From contig CACMJG010000005.1 in NCBI GenBank assembly GCA_902613995.1, forward strand, positions 13,542-77,541: a DNA stretch of 64,000 nucleotides, read 5' to 3'. Below, in pieces: positions 9,644 through 20,832 of the stretch. Source of the stretch: an uncultured Alphaproteobacteria bacterium (GTDB taxonomy: Bacteria; Pseudomonadota; Alphaproteobacteria; Methylaequorales; Methylaequoraceae). The notes under the pieces were generated by a model that was given only the letters and a program-made list of their open reading frames with translations, did not search any database and was not told the origin of the DNA. Position 1 is the stretch's first letter. Every line of letters starts with the position of its first letter. The position numbers and the translations under genes were made by a program.

Positions 9644-11807
9644 TTTCCATGATTTCTTTAAGTGTAAAAAGAAAGAGGAAATTGTTAGAGGTAGGGTTTT
9701 CCGGGTTATGAGTGTATAGTCTTGACCAATTGAACGAAAATCCAAGGCATTCATCTTCATATTTGACTTTTGCATTAATATCATGAAATTTAATTTTCTT
9801 CTTCTTATCAAATGTTGATGATGTAGTAAAGCTCCAGAATTCTGAAAGTTTTTGCTCTATAGAGAAATTGAACTGATTTTTTGATTCAATAATATTTTGT
9901 CCGTTATTATCTAAGACTGCTGGAGCGTTTATATTTCTGGCGCTAAAGTAAGTATTTTTAATATTAAATAAAAGTGTGGAATATGAGTTTTTAATTGAAA
10001 AGTTATCTCTGTCTAAAGACAAATAAAGACTAAGATTAAAAGAGTCAATTGGTGATATTTCGAGATTTGCAAGAAAATCCGAAAATTTATCATTAATACC
10101 TGAATTTTTTGGTAAATATTTATGATTATCAAAATGATAGCTTTGGGCCAAGCCAATTTTACTAAAATTTTTTGTGGAATTGGATTGTTTTAAGAAGGAT
10201 AATCCAAAATCAAATCTATCTATACTGTCTGCTCTGTAGAATCCTGATAATCTATTTCTATTAAACAAATCAAAATAATCCAAGTAAAAATTGTTAACAT
10301 TACTTTCGTCTGGAATTTCTCTATTAAATGCATTAGGTGAAGTTTTTAGATACATAAATTGTGGTTTTACAATTGTTGTATATTTTTCAGTGTATTTAAT
10401 GTATGGCTTTTTTAATTCAACAGAAAATTGAGGGTAAAGGTTCGATTTAAATTCACTGTGTTTAAATGTTCCAGTTTTTGGATTATGATATTTTTTGATA
10501 TGAAAAATCCCAGCATTCAAATGCGCTCCAAAATTAACCATGGTGCCATCATTCAGTATGGTCGGGAAAAAAATATTTTGGTTAACAAAAAACTTTTTTG
10601 TTTCATTACCTTCATTTCTTTTTAAATTTATCATTTCAAGATTAGTCTCAAAATTTAGACGGTTCATTTTTTTTTCTGAATTTAGATTTAAGGTAAATCT
10701 TGGAAAAATTTTTGGTATTATTCTTCGATTTACGTCCTGTCTTAGATCCTGAAATAAATAAGATTCTAAGCTATAAAAATTGGAATTTCTGTGTGTATTT
10801 AATTTTAGAAAGGATGTTAGGGTATCTCTGTATCCGTATTTATAAGTATTCAGGTAATGTCGATCAGCTGTTCTATGCACTTGAAAATCAATATACGAAC
10901 TTTTGTTTAAATCAAAATTTCCAGTTGTTTTGATATGACCTCTTTTTTTATCTTCTTTTATACCATTTTCTTTTTTATTATTTTCTATTGTTCCACTAAA
11001 TTCTGAAACTATTTCACCATTAATGAAATTTTTCCTGTGTTCAATAAATAAAGCTGGATTTTTTTTTTGCGAAAATCTTGGTTTGATTGTTATATCCTGA
11101 TAGTCATCAATTGGTATATAATATGGAAGATCAGTGGCAAATCCAAAAAAATGATTTTGGATGAAGCTAGGTGATATAAATCCTGCTTTTCTTTTTACAA
11201 GAGGTGAGGCATGAGAAAAATAAGGAAGGTAAAACACACTTTTCCCTTTAAAATCAAGAAATGTGTTGTAATACTTTACGTCAAGAGATTTTTTATCATG
11301 TATTATTTTTTTTGCTCTTAATTGTATTAAGGGTGCATCATAACGGCCTGTTTTTTTGTTAAAACATATTTCACATGCAGTAAAAACTCCATTTTCAAGT
11401 TGTTCCCAACTTTCATCTCTTCTTTCAACTCTTTCAGCTGCTAACCTTAAATAATTTTTTTTATTATTAAATGGTTTTGATGGTAAATAAAGAAAGTTTT
11501 TTTCAATTATTGCATTTCTAAGTTCTTGATCAGCAACAATTTTGTGAGCTTTAAGTATTGAACCATCTGAATTGAAAATTGTGACGTTATCTCTTGCGGA
11601 TAAAACATTTGATGAATTATTCAAGAAAACTTTATCCGCATTTAATTTAAATTTTTCATCAACTATCTTTACACCGCCTGTTGCATAGATTCTTGTGTTA
11701 TCCTTATCGTAAGTAAATTGTTCTGCGGTTATTTCGAGTTCGTCATCTGAATATGCAAGATTATTTAAAAATAAAAAAATTAAAATTGAGTATCTAACCA
11801 TCTTCAA
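9633..11807 (-). CDS. lptD: LPS-assembly protein LptD
   Basis: OstA-like N-domain, FTACEIC, PYFSHA; C-terminal YEDEC and aromatic-rich beta-barrel. Confidence 0.92.
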   Translation of the reverse strand: MKMVRYSILIFLFLNNLAYSDDELEITAEQFTYDKDNTRIYATGGVKIVDEKFKLNADKVFLNNSSNVLSARDNVTIFNSDGSILKAHKIVADQELRNAIIEKNFLYLPSKPFNNKKNYLRLAAERVERRDESWEQLENGVFTACEICFNKKTGRYDAPLIQLRAKKIIHDKKSLDVKYYNTFLDFKGKSVFYLPYFSHASPLVKRKAGFISPSFIQNHFFGFATDLPYYIPIDDYQDITIKPRFSQKKNPALFIEHRKNFINGEIVSEFSGTIENNKKENGIKEDKKRGHIKTTGNFDLNKSSYIDFQVHRTADRHYLNTYKYGYRDTLTSFLKLNTHRNSNFYSLESYLFQDLRQDVNRRIIPKIFPRFTLNLNSEKKMNRLNFETNLEMINLKRNEGNETKKFFVNQNIFFPTILNDGTMVNFGAHLNAGIFHIKKYHNPKTGTFKHSEFKSNLYPQFSVELKKPYIKYTEKYTTIVKPQFMYLKTSPNAFNREIPDESNVNNFYLDYFDLFNRNRLSGFYRADSIDRFDFGLSFLKQSNSTKNFSKIGLAQSYHFDNHKYLPKNSGINDKFSDFLANLEISPIDSFNLSLYLSLDRDNFSIKNSYSTLLFNIKNTYFSARNINAPAVLDNNGQNIIESKNQFNFSIEQKLSEFWSFTTSSTFDKKKKIKFHDINAKVKYEDECLGFSFNWSRLYTHNPENPTSNNFLFLFTLKEIMENDI

Positions 11808-12888
11808 TATGTATGAGGGTGCTAACTAAAAATAAATTTAAAATTAATGGTGGTGACCATACCGCAAAAAAAACATTTATATTCCCAGTCTGACCAAGAG
11901 TTTTCACTAGATCTGAAAAAAAATGAAATAGAACTCCAATAATTATCCCAAGTATTATTTTAGCAATATTTTTTTTTATTCTTTCTTTTTTAAATGACAA
12001 CGCGCAACCTAACAGGACCATTCCCATTAAGATTAAAGGAAACGAGTAAAGATAATTTTTATAAATTACATGCTTTCTTACTGAAAATCCTGAATTCTCT
12101 AAATTCTTAATATATTTTTTTAATTCCCAAAAACTAATTGTTTCAGGTGGCCTAAAGTTTTTTTCAATTTTGTTTGCATCTAAGTTAATTTCGATATCCA
12201 TTTGATCAAATTTCTGTGGTGATTTGTTTAATTCTAGCCTATACCCATTATTCAATACCCACAATTTATCATTAATCATTTTTACATTTTCAGTATCAAT
12301 TCTTTCAAGAAATTTATTATTGAGATCAAATTTAAATATTTTTACTTCTGTTAATTCTTTTTCTTGAGAGGAATAATGTTTTGCGTTGATTACGTATTCA
12401 AAAAACTGATTTCTTTCTCTTAACCATAATCCAGTTTGTGAAATAGAATATAAACCTGAGCTTCCTTTAAAATAAATGCTTTCATAATTTTTAAATTTAA
12501 TATTCATAAATGCAAAAATTGGATTAAATAATAAAATGAAAATTGCACTAATTAACATCACGTTTATTAATGCTGGAAATATTAAAGACCATATTGAAAA
12601 ACCTGAAGCTCTTAGAACACTTAATTCATTGTTCTTATTGAGCTTCATGTAAGTATTCATAGATGATAATAAAAATACAGTAGGCATAATTATTGGAAAA
12701 AGTGATGGAATGTGCAAAATAGACATTTTCAATAAAATGCCAAATTCAATATTTTTACTGGAGCTCCTTCTTATAAGTTCAATTAAATCAATTGAAATAA
12801 AAAGAAGACACGAAAAGACAAAGATTATTAAAAATGATAAGAAATTTTCTTTAATTAAATATCGTAAAATTATTTTATTTTTTAACAT
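11794..12888 (-). CDS. lptG: LPS export ABC permease LptG
   Basis: LNKNNELSVLRASGFS; YjgP/Q topology; second of the pair. Confidence 0.88.
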   Translation of the reverse strand: MLKNKIILRYLIKENFLSFLIIFVFSCLLFISIDLIELIRRSSSKNIEFGILLKMSILHIPSLFPIIMPTVFLLSSMNTYMKLNKNNELSVLRASGFSIWSLIFPALINVMLISAIFILLFNPIFAFMNIKFKNYESIYFKGSSGLYSISQTGLWLRERNQFFEYVINAKHYSSQEKELTEVKIFKFDLNNKFLERIDTENVKMINDKLWVLNNGYRLELNKSPQKFDQMDIEINLDANKIEKNFRPPETISFWELKKYIKNLENSGFSVRKHVIYKNYLYSFPLILMGMVLLGCALSFKKERIKKNIAKIILGIIIGVLFHFFSDLVKTLGQTGNINVFFAVWSPPLILNLFLVSTLIHIEDG

Positions 12889-13973
12889 TATACTTTTTGT
12901 GATCTATTGCTAAATAAAATAACTAAAAATAAACAACATATAATCGGAAAAAAATTTAAAGCTTGAAAATTGGAATATTTAATTGAAAAATTAGAAGAAA
13001 TAATTGAGACAATTTGAAGCAAGATTATTGTTCCAAAAACAATAACAGGTTTTAACAGACTGTCTTTCCTTTTATATCCAAAAGACACTATTACAAACGC
13101 AATCACCATTCCGAAGCCAATGATGTTTAAAGGCATTGAATATCTTAGAGTTAGCTCAGCTTTAAATGCTTGAAGGTTATTTAGATCATCTTGGGATTTA
13201 AAGTTGGGATTCTTCAATTCATACAAAGATCTCTCTGAGGGAGATTTCCATCTATTTAGAAGATCTGTTTGATCATTTTGATTAATATCTAAAAGATACT
13301 CATCAAAATATAAAACTGAAAGTTTTTTATCCTTACCCTGAAAATGTTGAGAACCGTTTTGTAATAGAATTTTTGTTGAATCTGGGTTTGTAACTAACCT
13401 GCCTTTCTTAGCTATTAATGTTGTTGTTCTTTGTTCATCTCTTGTGTCGTGAATAAAGACATTATGAAGACCGTCTTTTTTTCTTTCCTTAACGAATATT
13501 GTAAAGTCTTTACCAAAGTTGTTAAACGTTCCTTCTTGAAGAAGTGATGAAGAGTAATCGTTTTTCAATGTATATAAAAGAATTTTAAAATTTTCATTGG
13601 ATTTTGCTGACTGATAGAGAGTAAAGAAAAAGCTTATACAGCTCAAAAGGATTGAAAAAATCAAAGTGGGCTTAATTATACTATATACCGAGAAGCTTGA
13701 TGATTGAAGAATTATTAACTCCTTGTCAGTTTGCATTCTTGCTAAAACAAAGAAAATAGAAAGACTTGCAATAGTTGGGAGAAGAATAGGTATTATTTGG
13801 GGTAATGATAGAAAAATAAGTTTTGCGAAAATATAAAAAGGAAGGCCTCTACCTACCATTAATTCAATCAATTGAACACTTTTGGCTAGGCAAAAAAGAG
13901 AGAATATTAATATCAGAATTAAAATGAAATTATTAAATAGTTGTCGTAGAATATATTTATCAACTAAATTCAT
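12888..13973 (-). CDS. lptF: LPS export ABC permease LptF
   Basis: Probable start ATG at 13973 (MNLVDKYILRQ); DKELIILQSSSFS; divergent from pepA. Confidence 0.88.
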   Translation of the reverse strand: MNLVDKYILRQLFNNFILILILIFSLFCLAKSVQLIELMVGRGLPFYIFAKLIFLSLPQIIPILLPTIASLSIFFVLARMQTDKELIILQSSSFSVYSIIKPTLIFSILLSCISFFFTLYQSAKSNENFKILLYTLKNDYSSSLLQEGTFNNFGKDFTIFVKERKKDGLHNVFIHDTRDEQRTTTLIAKKGRLVTNPDSTKILLQNGSQHFQGKDKKLSVLYFDEYLLDINQNDQTDLLNRWKSPSERSLYELKNPNFKSQDDLNNLQAFKAELTLRYSMPLNIIGFGMVIAFVIVSFGYKRKDSLLKPVIVFGTIILLQIVSIISSNFSIKYSNFQALNFFPIICCLFLVILFSNRSQKV

Positions 13974-14039
13974 TGAATAATGGAAAAAAAAACAATATAC
14001 ATTATTTATTACAAATTTTATCAAGAAATAATACAATAA

Positions 14040-15509
14040 ATGAAAATAACTTTTGAAAAAAAAAAAAAAGAAAAAGATCACTTAGTAATTATTTACAAAA
14101 ATAAACTAAGTTTAAACCAACTAGCCCTTAGTACAGAACAAATAAATCTTCTCAAAAATTCAAATATATTCTTTAAAGGGAGAAAAGAATTTACAGAAAC
14201 TATACATTACAGCACAAAAGCAGAAATCAACTCACTCACTATAGCTAAAATACACTCTGAAACTTCTGATGAGGCGAGTTTTAAACTAGAAAGTTTTGGT
14301 GGAAGATTATTATCTTATCTAGAAAAAAAAAAATTTTTAAATACTGCAATAATTTTTGAAGATAAAGAATTTAATATATCTGAAAAAAAATTACTTATCA
14401 CTGGGTTGAACCTAAAATCATACAAGTTTGATAAATATAAAACTATAGGCAAAGAGAGGCATTTTTTAGAATCTTTAAAGATCATAGATCCCCAGAATAA
14501 ATTTAATAATAGCGACAAAAGAGAGATAACATCAGGAAAAAGAGTTAAAGGCGTATTTTTGACAAGAGATCTAGTATCAGAGCCAGCAAATGTCTTGTAT
14601 CCATCTAAGTTTGTAGACTTTTGCAAAATTTTAAAAAAAACAGGAGTATCAATAGAAGTTTTAGATGAAAGAAAAATGAAATCTCTAGGAATGAATGCTT
14701 TATTAGGAGTTTCCCAAGGATCAGTCAGACCAGCAAGAACTATGATTATGAAATGGATTGGGAATTCAAGCAATAAAAAACAACCAATTGCTTTTATTGG
14801 TAAAGGTGTCACTTTTGATACTGGTGGAATTTCAATCAAACCATCAGGTGGAATGGAAGATATGAAATGGGATATGGGAGGAGCTGGTGTAGTTGCTGGC
14901 TTGATGTATACTTTAGCTCTAAGAAAAGCAAAGGCCAATGTGATTGGTGCCGTTGGTCTTGTCGAAAATATGCCTGATGGAAATGCTCAAAGACCAGGAG
15001 ATATTGTAAAATCAATGTCAGGACAAACTATTGAAGTTTTAAACACAGATGCTGAAGGTAGATTAGTTCTTGCTGACGTTTTGTGGTATGTGAAAGAAAA
15101 GTTCAAACCAAAATTAATGGTTGACCTAGCAACACTTACTGGAGCAATAATTGTTGCCCTTGGAGACAGATATGCAGGAATGTTTACAAATAGTGATGAT
15201 CTAGCAGATAAGCTGTATAGCTCATCGAAAGAAACTCAAGAACTAATCTGGAGACTTCCTCTTGATAGTGACTTTGATAAACTTCTTAATTGCCAGGTTG
15301 CAGATATGAAAAATATTACTGGTGCCCGTGGAGCAGGCAGTATAACTGCAGCTCAATTCCTTAAGAGATTTGTGGGAGAAGTAGACTGGGCGCATCTTGA
15401 TATAGCTGGAGTTACATGGTCAAAAAAAGGCACAAGCTTATCCAGACCTGGTGGAACAGGCTTTGGTGTGAGGTTATTAGATAATTTTGTAAAGAAAAAT
15501 TATGGTTAG
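14040..15509 (+). CDS. pepA: Leucyl aminopeptidase
   Basis: [25 protein letters not shown]. Confidence 0.97.
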   Translation: MKITFEKKKKEKDHLVIIYKNKLSLNQLALSTEQINLLKNSNIFFKGRKEFTETIHYSTKAEINSLTIAKIHSETSDEASFKLESFGGRLLSYLEKKKFLNTAIIFEDKEFNISEKKLLITGLNLKSYKFDKYKTIGKERHFLESLKIIDPQNKFNNSDKREITSGKRVKGVFLTRDLVSEPANVLYPSKFVDFCKILKKTGVSIEVLDERKMKSLGMNALLGVSQGSVRPARTMIMKWIGNSSNKKQPIAFIGKGVTFDTGGISIKPSGGMEDMKWDMGGAGVVAGLMYTLALRKAKANVIGAVGLVENMPDGNAQRPGDIVKSMSGQTIEVLNTDAEGRLVLADVLWYVKEKFKPKLMVDLATLTGAIIVALGDRYAGMFTNSDDLADKLYSSSKETQELIWRLPLDSDFDKLLNCQVADMKNITGARGAGSITAAQFLKRFVGEVDWAHLDIAGVTWSKKGTSLSRPGGTGFGVRLLDNFVKKNYG

Positions 15510-15963
15510 TAAAATTAAAATTAATTTAAACTTTTATTCAATTACTTCAAATTTCAATGATGTTCTGTTAAAACTTTGCAATAAAATTATATATTCCGAC
15601 GAAAGTTTCTACGTGAACTTTGATAAATCAGAAACCAAAATGGATGTTGATAAGTTCCTTTGGATAAGTCAAAGAAATAACTTTCTTCCTCATAAAACAT
15701 ATGGGGAGAAAATTTTCAAAAAAGATAAGATCATTTTGTTTGATGGTTGTTATAAAAAGTTACAAAGAAATGAGAGATTTAATACACTAGTAGTTTCGCC
15801 TTGTGTAAAAATCAAAAAATTTGAAATATTTAAAAAATTTTTAATTTTTTCCTACACGAAGCAAAATTTATTTAATTCAAAAATCAAAAATGACATAAGC
15901 AAAAGTAATTTTGTAGTAAATTGGTATCAAGAACTTAGCCCATTTAAATGGAAAAAAATTTAA
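15502..15963 (+). CDS. holC: DNA polymerase III chi subunit (divergent)
   Basis: DKFLW...FLPH motif; pepA-holC synteny. Confidence 0.75.
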   Translation: MVSKIKINLNFYSITSNFNDVLLKLCNKIIYSDESFYVNFDKSETKMDVDKFLWISQRNNFLPHKTYGEKIFKKDKIILFDGCYKKLQRNERFNTLVVSPCVKIKKFEIFKKFLIFSYTKQNLFNSKIKNDISKSNFVVNWYQELSPFKWKKI

Positions 15964-15978
15964 AATTGGAGAATATTA

Positions 15979-16398
15979 ATGCAAAGAACTTTATCAATAA
16001 TTAAACCTGATGCAGTAAAAAGAAGTCTTACTGGAGAGATCAACTCTATAATACAAAAAAATAATATTAAGATTGTAGCTCAAAAAATGTTAAAGCTCTC
16101 AATAGAAGATGCACAAAATTTCTACAATGTTCATAAGGAAAGAGCTTTCTTTGACGATTTGTGTAATTACATGATATCTGGACCAATTATCGTACAAGTA
16201 CTTGAAGGAAAAGATGTCATTTCAAATTACAGAGAGTTAATGGGTGCAACAAACCCTGAAAATGCTGATGAAAATACAATTAGAAAGCTTTATGGAGTTT
16301 CAGTTGAAGAAAATTCTGTTCACGGATCAGATAGTGAGGATAATTCAAAAATTGAGATAGAATTTTTTTTCGCAAAGAGAGAAATTTTTGATATTTAA
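15979..16398 (+). CDS. ndk: Nucleoside diphosphate kinase
   Basis: RTLSIIKPDA, GATNP, NSVHGSDS. Confidence 0.98.
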   Translation: MQRTLSIIKPDAVKRSLTGEINSIIQKNNIKIVAQKMLKLSIEDAQNFYNVHKERAFFDDLCNYMISGPIIVQVLEGKDVISNYRELMGATNPENADENTIRKLYGVSVEENSVHGSDSEDNSKIEIEFFFAKREIFDI

Positions 16399-16517
16399 TA
16401 TATTAAAAAAAACCAAAGTAGAGCTAACAGAATAATTACAAGTATTGTTGTTATTATGGAGGCTTTCATGAATTTCGCAAAAAATTCTTGATGTTCTTTG
16501 CCATCGAATTTACCCAT
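16395..16517 (-). CDS. 40-aa single-TM protein, aa3-type cytochrome c oxidase subunit IV-like (missed by ORF track)
   Basis: Manual translation: MGKFDGKEHQEFFAKFMKASIITTILVIILLALLWFFLIY. Resembles the D..EH...F..F.K + TM pattern of alphaproteobacterial COX subunit IV. Start overlaps the purN stop region. Confidence 0.65.
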   Translation of the reverse strand: MGKFDGKEHQEFFAKFMKASIITTILVIILLALLWFFLIY

Positions 16518-17085
16518 TTTTAGTCTCCAAATACTTTAATACTCTTATATACAATTTATGTTCTTTCATCAATATTTTTTTTTGCAGAGATGCTGCATCG
16601 TCGGACTTCAGTACTCTAACTACTTCCTGATCAATTATTTTTCCTGAATCAATGTTTTTGTCAACAAAGTGAACTGTACATCCTGAAAATTTAACTTTTT
16701 TTCTTATCGCTCTTTCGTGCGTATTCAATCCTTTAAAGGCTGGAAGAAGTGAAGGGTGAATGTTGATAATTTTATTGTTCCATTTTTTAACAAAATCCTT
16801 ACTTAAAACTTTCATAAATCCTGCTAAACATATCAAGTCTACTCTTTTCCTTAATAGATATTTTGATAAAGAGTTTTCAAAATCAAAAATATTAGAATGT
16901 TGATTTTGATTTATGATTTTTACATCTATACCTTTTTCTGATGCTCTTTTTATACCTAATGCCAAAGGGTTGTTAGAAACCACTGTAGCAACTTTAGATT
17001 TTATTAATTTTTTTTTTGTCGCCTCAATGATATTGAGCATATTGCTTCCATTACCAGAAATTAAAATGCCTAGGTTATATTCCAT
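16510..17085 (-). CDS. purN: Phosphoribosylglycinamide formyltransferase
   Basis: ISGNGSN, LAGFMKVL, NIHPSLLP. Confidence 0.97.
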   Translation of the reverse strand: MEYNLGILISGNGSNMLNIIEATKKKLIKSKVATVVSNNPLALGIKRASEKGIDVKIINQNQHSNIFDFENSLSKYLLRKRVDLICLAGFMKVLSKDFVKKWNNKIINIHPSLLPAFKGLNTHERAIRKKVKFSGCTVHFVDKNIDSGKIIDQEVVRVLKSDDAASLQKKILMKEHKLYIRVLKYLETKNG

Positions 17086-18104
17086 TCTCCAAATTTCCTT
17101 ATTACAACATTAGATTTTTTTTTACTATTATTTTCAACCTCACCGAGTAAACAGAACTTTACTTTATTTTTCATTAAGTGATTTAAAACTTTTTTATAAT
17201 TATCCTTTTTTATTATTATTATAATCCCGACACCGCAATTGAAAGTAGAAAGCATTTCCTGAGGTGAAATATTTGCTAATTTTTTTAACCAATGGAAAAT
17301 TTTTGGAATTGTAAAATTTTTAGCATTAATAACACCTTTTAAATTTTTAGGAATAGCCCTTGATAAATTTTCAAAAATTCCGCCACCTGTAATGTGTGCT
17401 ATTGAATTTATTAACTCTTTTTTAATTAAAGGTAATAGGTCATTCACATATATTTTTGTTGGAATTAATAATTCTTCACCAACTGTTTTACTAGCATCAA
17501 ATGGTAATTTGGAAGTAACTGTTATTCGATTTTTTTTTAGTGCTTTACGAATTAATGAAAAACCATTTGAATGAATTCCACTTGATTTGATTCCAATTAA
17601 AATATCACCATTTTTTACTTTATTTACATTTAGTAGTTGTTTTCTTTCAACAACTCCGACAGCAAATCCTGCTAGATCGAAGTCGTCACCCCTATACATT
17701 CCAGGCATTTCAGCAGTTTCTCCACCAATTAGAGAACAGCCTGATTGCTTACATCCATGGTCAATACTTTTAATAATTTTAAGAAAGTTAACTCCGGAAA
17801 TTTTAGAAGAGGAAAAATAATCAAGGAAAAATAAAGGTTCGCCTCCATTTGCTAAAATATCGTTAACGCACATTGCAACTAGATCAATACCCAGATAGTC
17901 TAATATTTTAGATTCAACTGCTATCTTTAGCTTTGTTCCTACGCCATCAGTGCTACTAAGAAGAATGGGATCTTTATATTTTAATTTTTTAAGGTCTAAT
18001 AAAGAACAAAAGCCCCCAGAATTTTTTATGATTTCTTTTCTGAAGTTCTCTTGAGTAATTTTTTCTAATTTTTTTACTAATTTGGACGCTTTCTCTGTAT
18101 CCAC
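17070..18104 (-). CDS. purM: Phosphoribosylaminoimidazole synthetase
   Basis: TDGVGTK, VAMCVND, GGETAEMPG, HSNGFSL, HITGGG. No YxxxGVD N-terminal motif is visible. Confidence 0.96.
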   Translation of the reverse strand: MDTEKASKLVKKLEKITQENFRKEIIKNSGGFCSLLDLKKLKYKDPILLSSTDGVGTKLKIAVESKILDYLGIDLVAMCVNDILANGGEPLFFLDYFSSSKISGVNFLKIIKSIDHGCKQSGCSLIGGETAEMPGMYRGDDFDLAGFAVGVVERKQLLNVNKVKNGDILIGIKSSGIHSNGFSLIRKALKKNRITVTSKLPFDASKTVGEELLIPTKIYVNDLLPLIKKELINSIAHITGGGIFENLSRAIPKNLKGVINAKNFTIPKIFHWLKKLANISPQEMLSTFNCGVGIIIIIKKDNYKKVLNHLMKNKVKFCLLGEVENNSKKKSNVVIRKFGEWNIT

Positions 18105-18224
18105 ACCTGATGATTTATAAGTAATATTAATAATTTACTCCTAAAAAAACTTTAATTATTTCTAAAAAAAAATTAATGTTATAAAATTCTTTAATAAAGG
18201 TAAATTAAATTTAAATATATAATT

Positions 18225-19325
18225 TTGAAAAATATAATCTTAAAAGTTTTACTAATTAACTTCTGCTTTTTTTTTAATGCTTACGCAGATGTTTCCATAT
18301 ATACAGTAAAAGATAATCAAGTTTTTCTTCAAAATAATCAGAATGTCTTAAAGTTGAGAGAAAAAGCTAAAAAACTAGCTTTTGATAACGCTTTTAATAT
18401 TTTAGTAAAAAAAATCTTGGAACCTTCTGAAATTCGAAAACTTGAAAGATTTGAAAAAATAGACATTTCCAGCTTTATAAAAGATTTTAAAATTGTAGAA
18501 GAGAAAATAACTGATATTAACTACAGCGCTAACATATTGGTAAATTTTAACCCTGATCAAGTTTTAAACTTTTTCGATAGTTCAAAAATAAGAAGCAAGG
18601 TGCTAGTCTCTGAGGAATACCTAGTTTTACCAGTTTTTAAGAAGTTTAACACTCTTTACTTGTGGGAAAATGATAATATTTGGTATGACTATCTTTTGGA
18701 CGAATATGATGAATTAGGACTTCTTAAACTATATTTCCCAAAAAAAAATCATATCAATAAAATTCAAATTTCACCAAAACAAATTCTGAAACAAGATAAC
18801 GAATCAATAAAGAATTTTTTGATAAAAAAAAAAAAAAAGAAGGCTCTAATAATTTTTTTAGAAGAATCTTTTAATTTAAAGATAAATAAAATGAATTCGA
18901 CTGTCTCTGCTACGCTATTTTCTGATAAGGGATTTGAGACCATAAAATTGTTTCAAAATGAGGTTTACGAAGGAAATAGTAACTTATCTAATGCTAAATT
19001 ATTATCTAAAATAACAATTAAAGAACTTGGCGAATGGTGGAAGAAAAAAATTGATTCTCCAGACTTTGAATCCACAAGTGAAAAAGTTTTTTTTATAGAG
19101 CTTCAAACAAAAAACTTAAAAGAGAATATATTAATTGAAAAAAGAATTAATGAGATTCTTGGAAAAAGGGGTTTTATCCTTCATGAGTTCAATAATAGTG
19201 AAATTATTTATAAAGTAATTACTAGATATGATTTAGAGCAACTGAATTTAGCTCTAGAGATAGTCAACCTTAGATTGGAAAAATCAACAAAAAAGGAAAA
19301 TTTGTTTAGATTAAAAACGTATTAA
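18225..19325 (+). CDS. DUF2066-like exported protein
   Basis: Signal peptide; sits divergent from purM and upstream of hda, the usual alphaproteobacterial arrangement. Confidence 0.6.
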   Translation: MKNIILKVLLINFCFFFNAYADVSIYTVKDNQVFLQNNQNVLKLREKAKKLAFDNAFNILVKKILEPSEIRKLERFEKIDISSFIKDFKIVEEKITDINYSANILVNFNPDQVLNFFDSSKIRSKVLVSEEYLVLPVFKKFNTLYLWENDNIWYDYLLDEYDELGLLKLYFPKKNHINKIQISPKQILKQDNESIKNFLIKKKKKKALIIFLEESFNLKINKMNSTVSATLFSDKGFETIKLFQNEVYEGNSNLSNAKLLSKITIKELGEWWKKKIDSPDFESTSEKVFFIELQTKNLKENILIEKRINEILGKRGFILHEFNNSEIIYKVITRYDLEQLNLALEIVNLRLEKSTKKENLFRLKTY

Positions 19326-20005
19326 TGAAACAAAATATTTTAAAGTTTAATTTTAAGTTTAAAAGTAGTGAGTTTTTTGTTACTGAAAAAAATATGTTTG
19401 CTTATAATTTTATTAAAAAGTGGCCTGATTGGCAGCAAACTTTAGTTTATTTATATGGACCTGAAAAGTGTGGCAAGACAACAATTTCACAAATGTGGCT
19501 AGAAGCTTCTAAAGGAATCAATTTATCGAGTGAAAATTTTGAAGAATTTTTTCGTGATGATTTAAATATTAACTATATTAAAAGTAACAACTGGCTTATT
19601 GATAATATAGATGATCTGATAACAAAAGATAAAGAATCAAACTCGAATAAGATACTTAATCTTATAAATATTATTAAAGACAATAAAAATGCATTTTTAC
19701 TAATGACAGGGAAAAAATCTCCAAAATATATCGATTGTGATTTAAATGATTTAACATCAAGGTTGCTTTCATCAATTGTTTTAGAGGTAAGAAACCCAGA
19801 CGAAGAATTATTACTTAAAATAATAAAAAAATATTTGAATGACAGAAATATTAATCTGTCACAAAAGAAATTAAATTTTATTGCTAACAGAATTGAAAGA
19901 TCCTACGAATCAGCTTTAGAAATTGCTAAGAAAATTGACTTAATGTCTTTAGAGACTAAATCAAATATATCAATTCATTTTCTAAAATCGAATTTAAAAA
20001 TTTAA
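19325..20005 (+). CDS. DnaA regulatory inactivator Hda/HdaA-like AAA+ protein
   Basis: WPDW...YLYGPEKCGKT, DLTSRL, PDEELL, RIERS. Confidence 0.85.
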   Translation: MKQNILKFNFKFKSSEFFVTEKNMFAYNFIKKWPDWQQTLVYLYGPEKCGKTTISQMWLEASKGINLSSENFEEFFRDDLNINYIKSNNWLIDNIDDLITKDKESNSNKILNLINIIKDNKNAFLLMTGKKSPKYIDCDLNDLTSRLLSSIVLEVRNPDEELLLKIIKKYLNDRNINLSQKKLNFIANRIERSYESALEIAKKIDLMSLETKSNISIHFLKSNLKI

Positions 20006-20796
20006 TAAATTTTATTCATATTAAGTTTAAGCATTATCTTTTTTTTTATTTCTTTATCAATATTGTCCTTACATATCAGCTTAATCTCTTTATCAGATAT
20101 AACTCTCCTTACTGGAATATCTTTTCTTATTGCTATCTTCTCTCTCAATCTAGAGTACTTTTTAAGTTTATCTAGCTCACATCTGTCGCTGGGTTTGAAT
20201 TTAATTTTTTTCCAAGCATTATTTATCTTTTCTGCATAAATTTTAACGTTAATGATTTTGTGATGTTGTGATCTAATTTGTGTTAAATTCTTAACTTTTT
20301 TTTTAATCATATTAAAAATTGGAATTAGGTGTTTCACATCATTTAAAGCGTATTGAATTTTATTTGGATTAAGTGGTCTCACTCTCCAATCAATAAATTG
20401 ATTACTTTTATTAATTTGAATATTCAGTAAATCTTTGCATGCTTTAGCATAACTTACAGAGTTGTTGTAACCTAGTTGTTCTAGGTAAATTTGAATATCG
20501 TAAATCGGCATTGGTATTTTTTTATAAATATTAAAGAATATTTCGATATCTTGTCTAGCTGCATGAAAAATTTTTTTTATTTTGGTATTAAAAAGTAACT
20601 TTTTTAAAAGTGTGTAATCCACGTCTTGAGTTATTGGATCAAGAAAAATGGAGTCATTTTTGTTAGCTAGTTGTATCAGACATAGTTTGGGATAATAGGT
20701 ATCAACTCTATAAAATTCTGTATCAATACCAATTAATTTATCTTTTTGACATTTTTTGTAGAACTGTTTTAATTGATTTTTATTTATTTGTAACAC
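20002..20796 (-). CDS. rnd: Ribonuclease D (short form)
   Basis: IDTEF...TYYPKLCLIQ, FHAARQDIE, WRVRPL...YALNDV; divergent from aspS. Confidence 0.9.
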   Translation of the reverse strand: MLQINKNQLKQFYKKCQKDKLIGIDTEFYRVDTYYPKLCLIQLANKNDSIFLDPITQDVDYTLLKKLLFNTKIKKIFHAARQDIEIFFNIYKKIPMPIYDIQIYLEQLGYNNSVSYAKACKDLLNIQINKSNQFIDWRVRPLNPNKIQYALNDVKHLIPIFNMIKKKVKNLTQIRSQHHKIINVKIYAEKINNAWKKIKFKPSDRCELDKLKKYSRLREKIAIRKDIPVRRVISDKEIKLICKDNIDKEIKKKIMLKLNMNKIY

Positions 20797-20832
20797 TCAT
20801 CGAATTTTATCATTAAAAGAACTTGTCTTCAA

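Noticed and set aside
9644-9811. N-terminal extension of the surA ORF
   Set aside because: Overlaps lptD in another frame; the signal peptide starts at ATG 9643.
13974-14081. Phe-rich N-terminal extension of the lptF ORF
   Set aside because: Read-through of poly-T/A promoter DNA overlapping the pepA start; the family-typical start is MNLVDKYILRQ at 13973.
14315-14938. 207-aa antisense ORF in pepA, and similar shadows (e.g. 30089..30607, 29462..29893, 55419..55850, 48187..48618, 43353..43664)
   Set aside because: Lie essentially opposite well-supported genes; explained by codon bias of the sense gene; no motifs.
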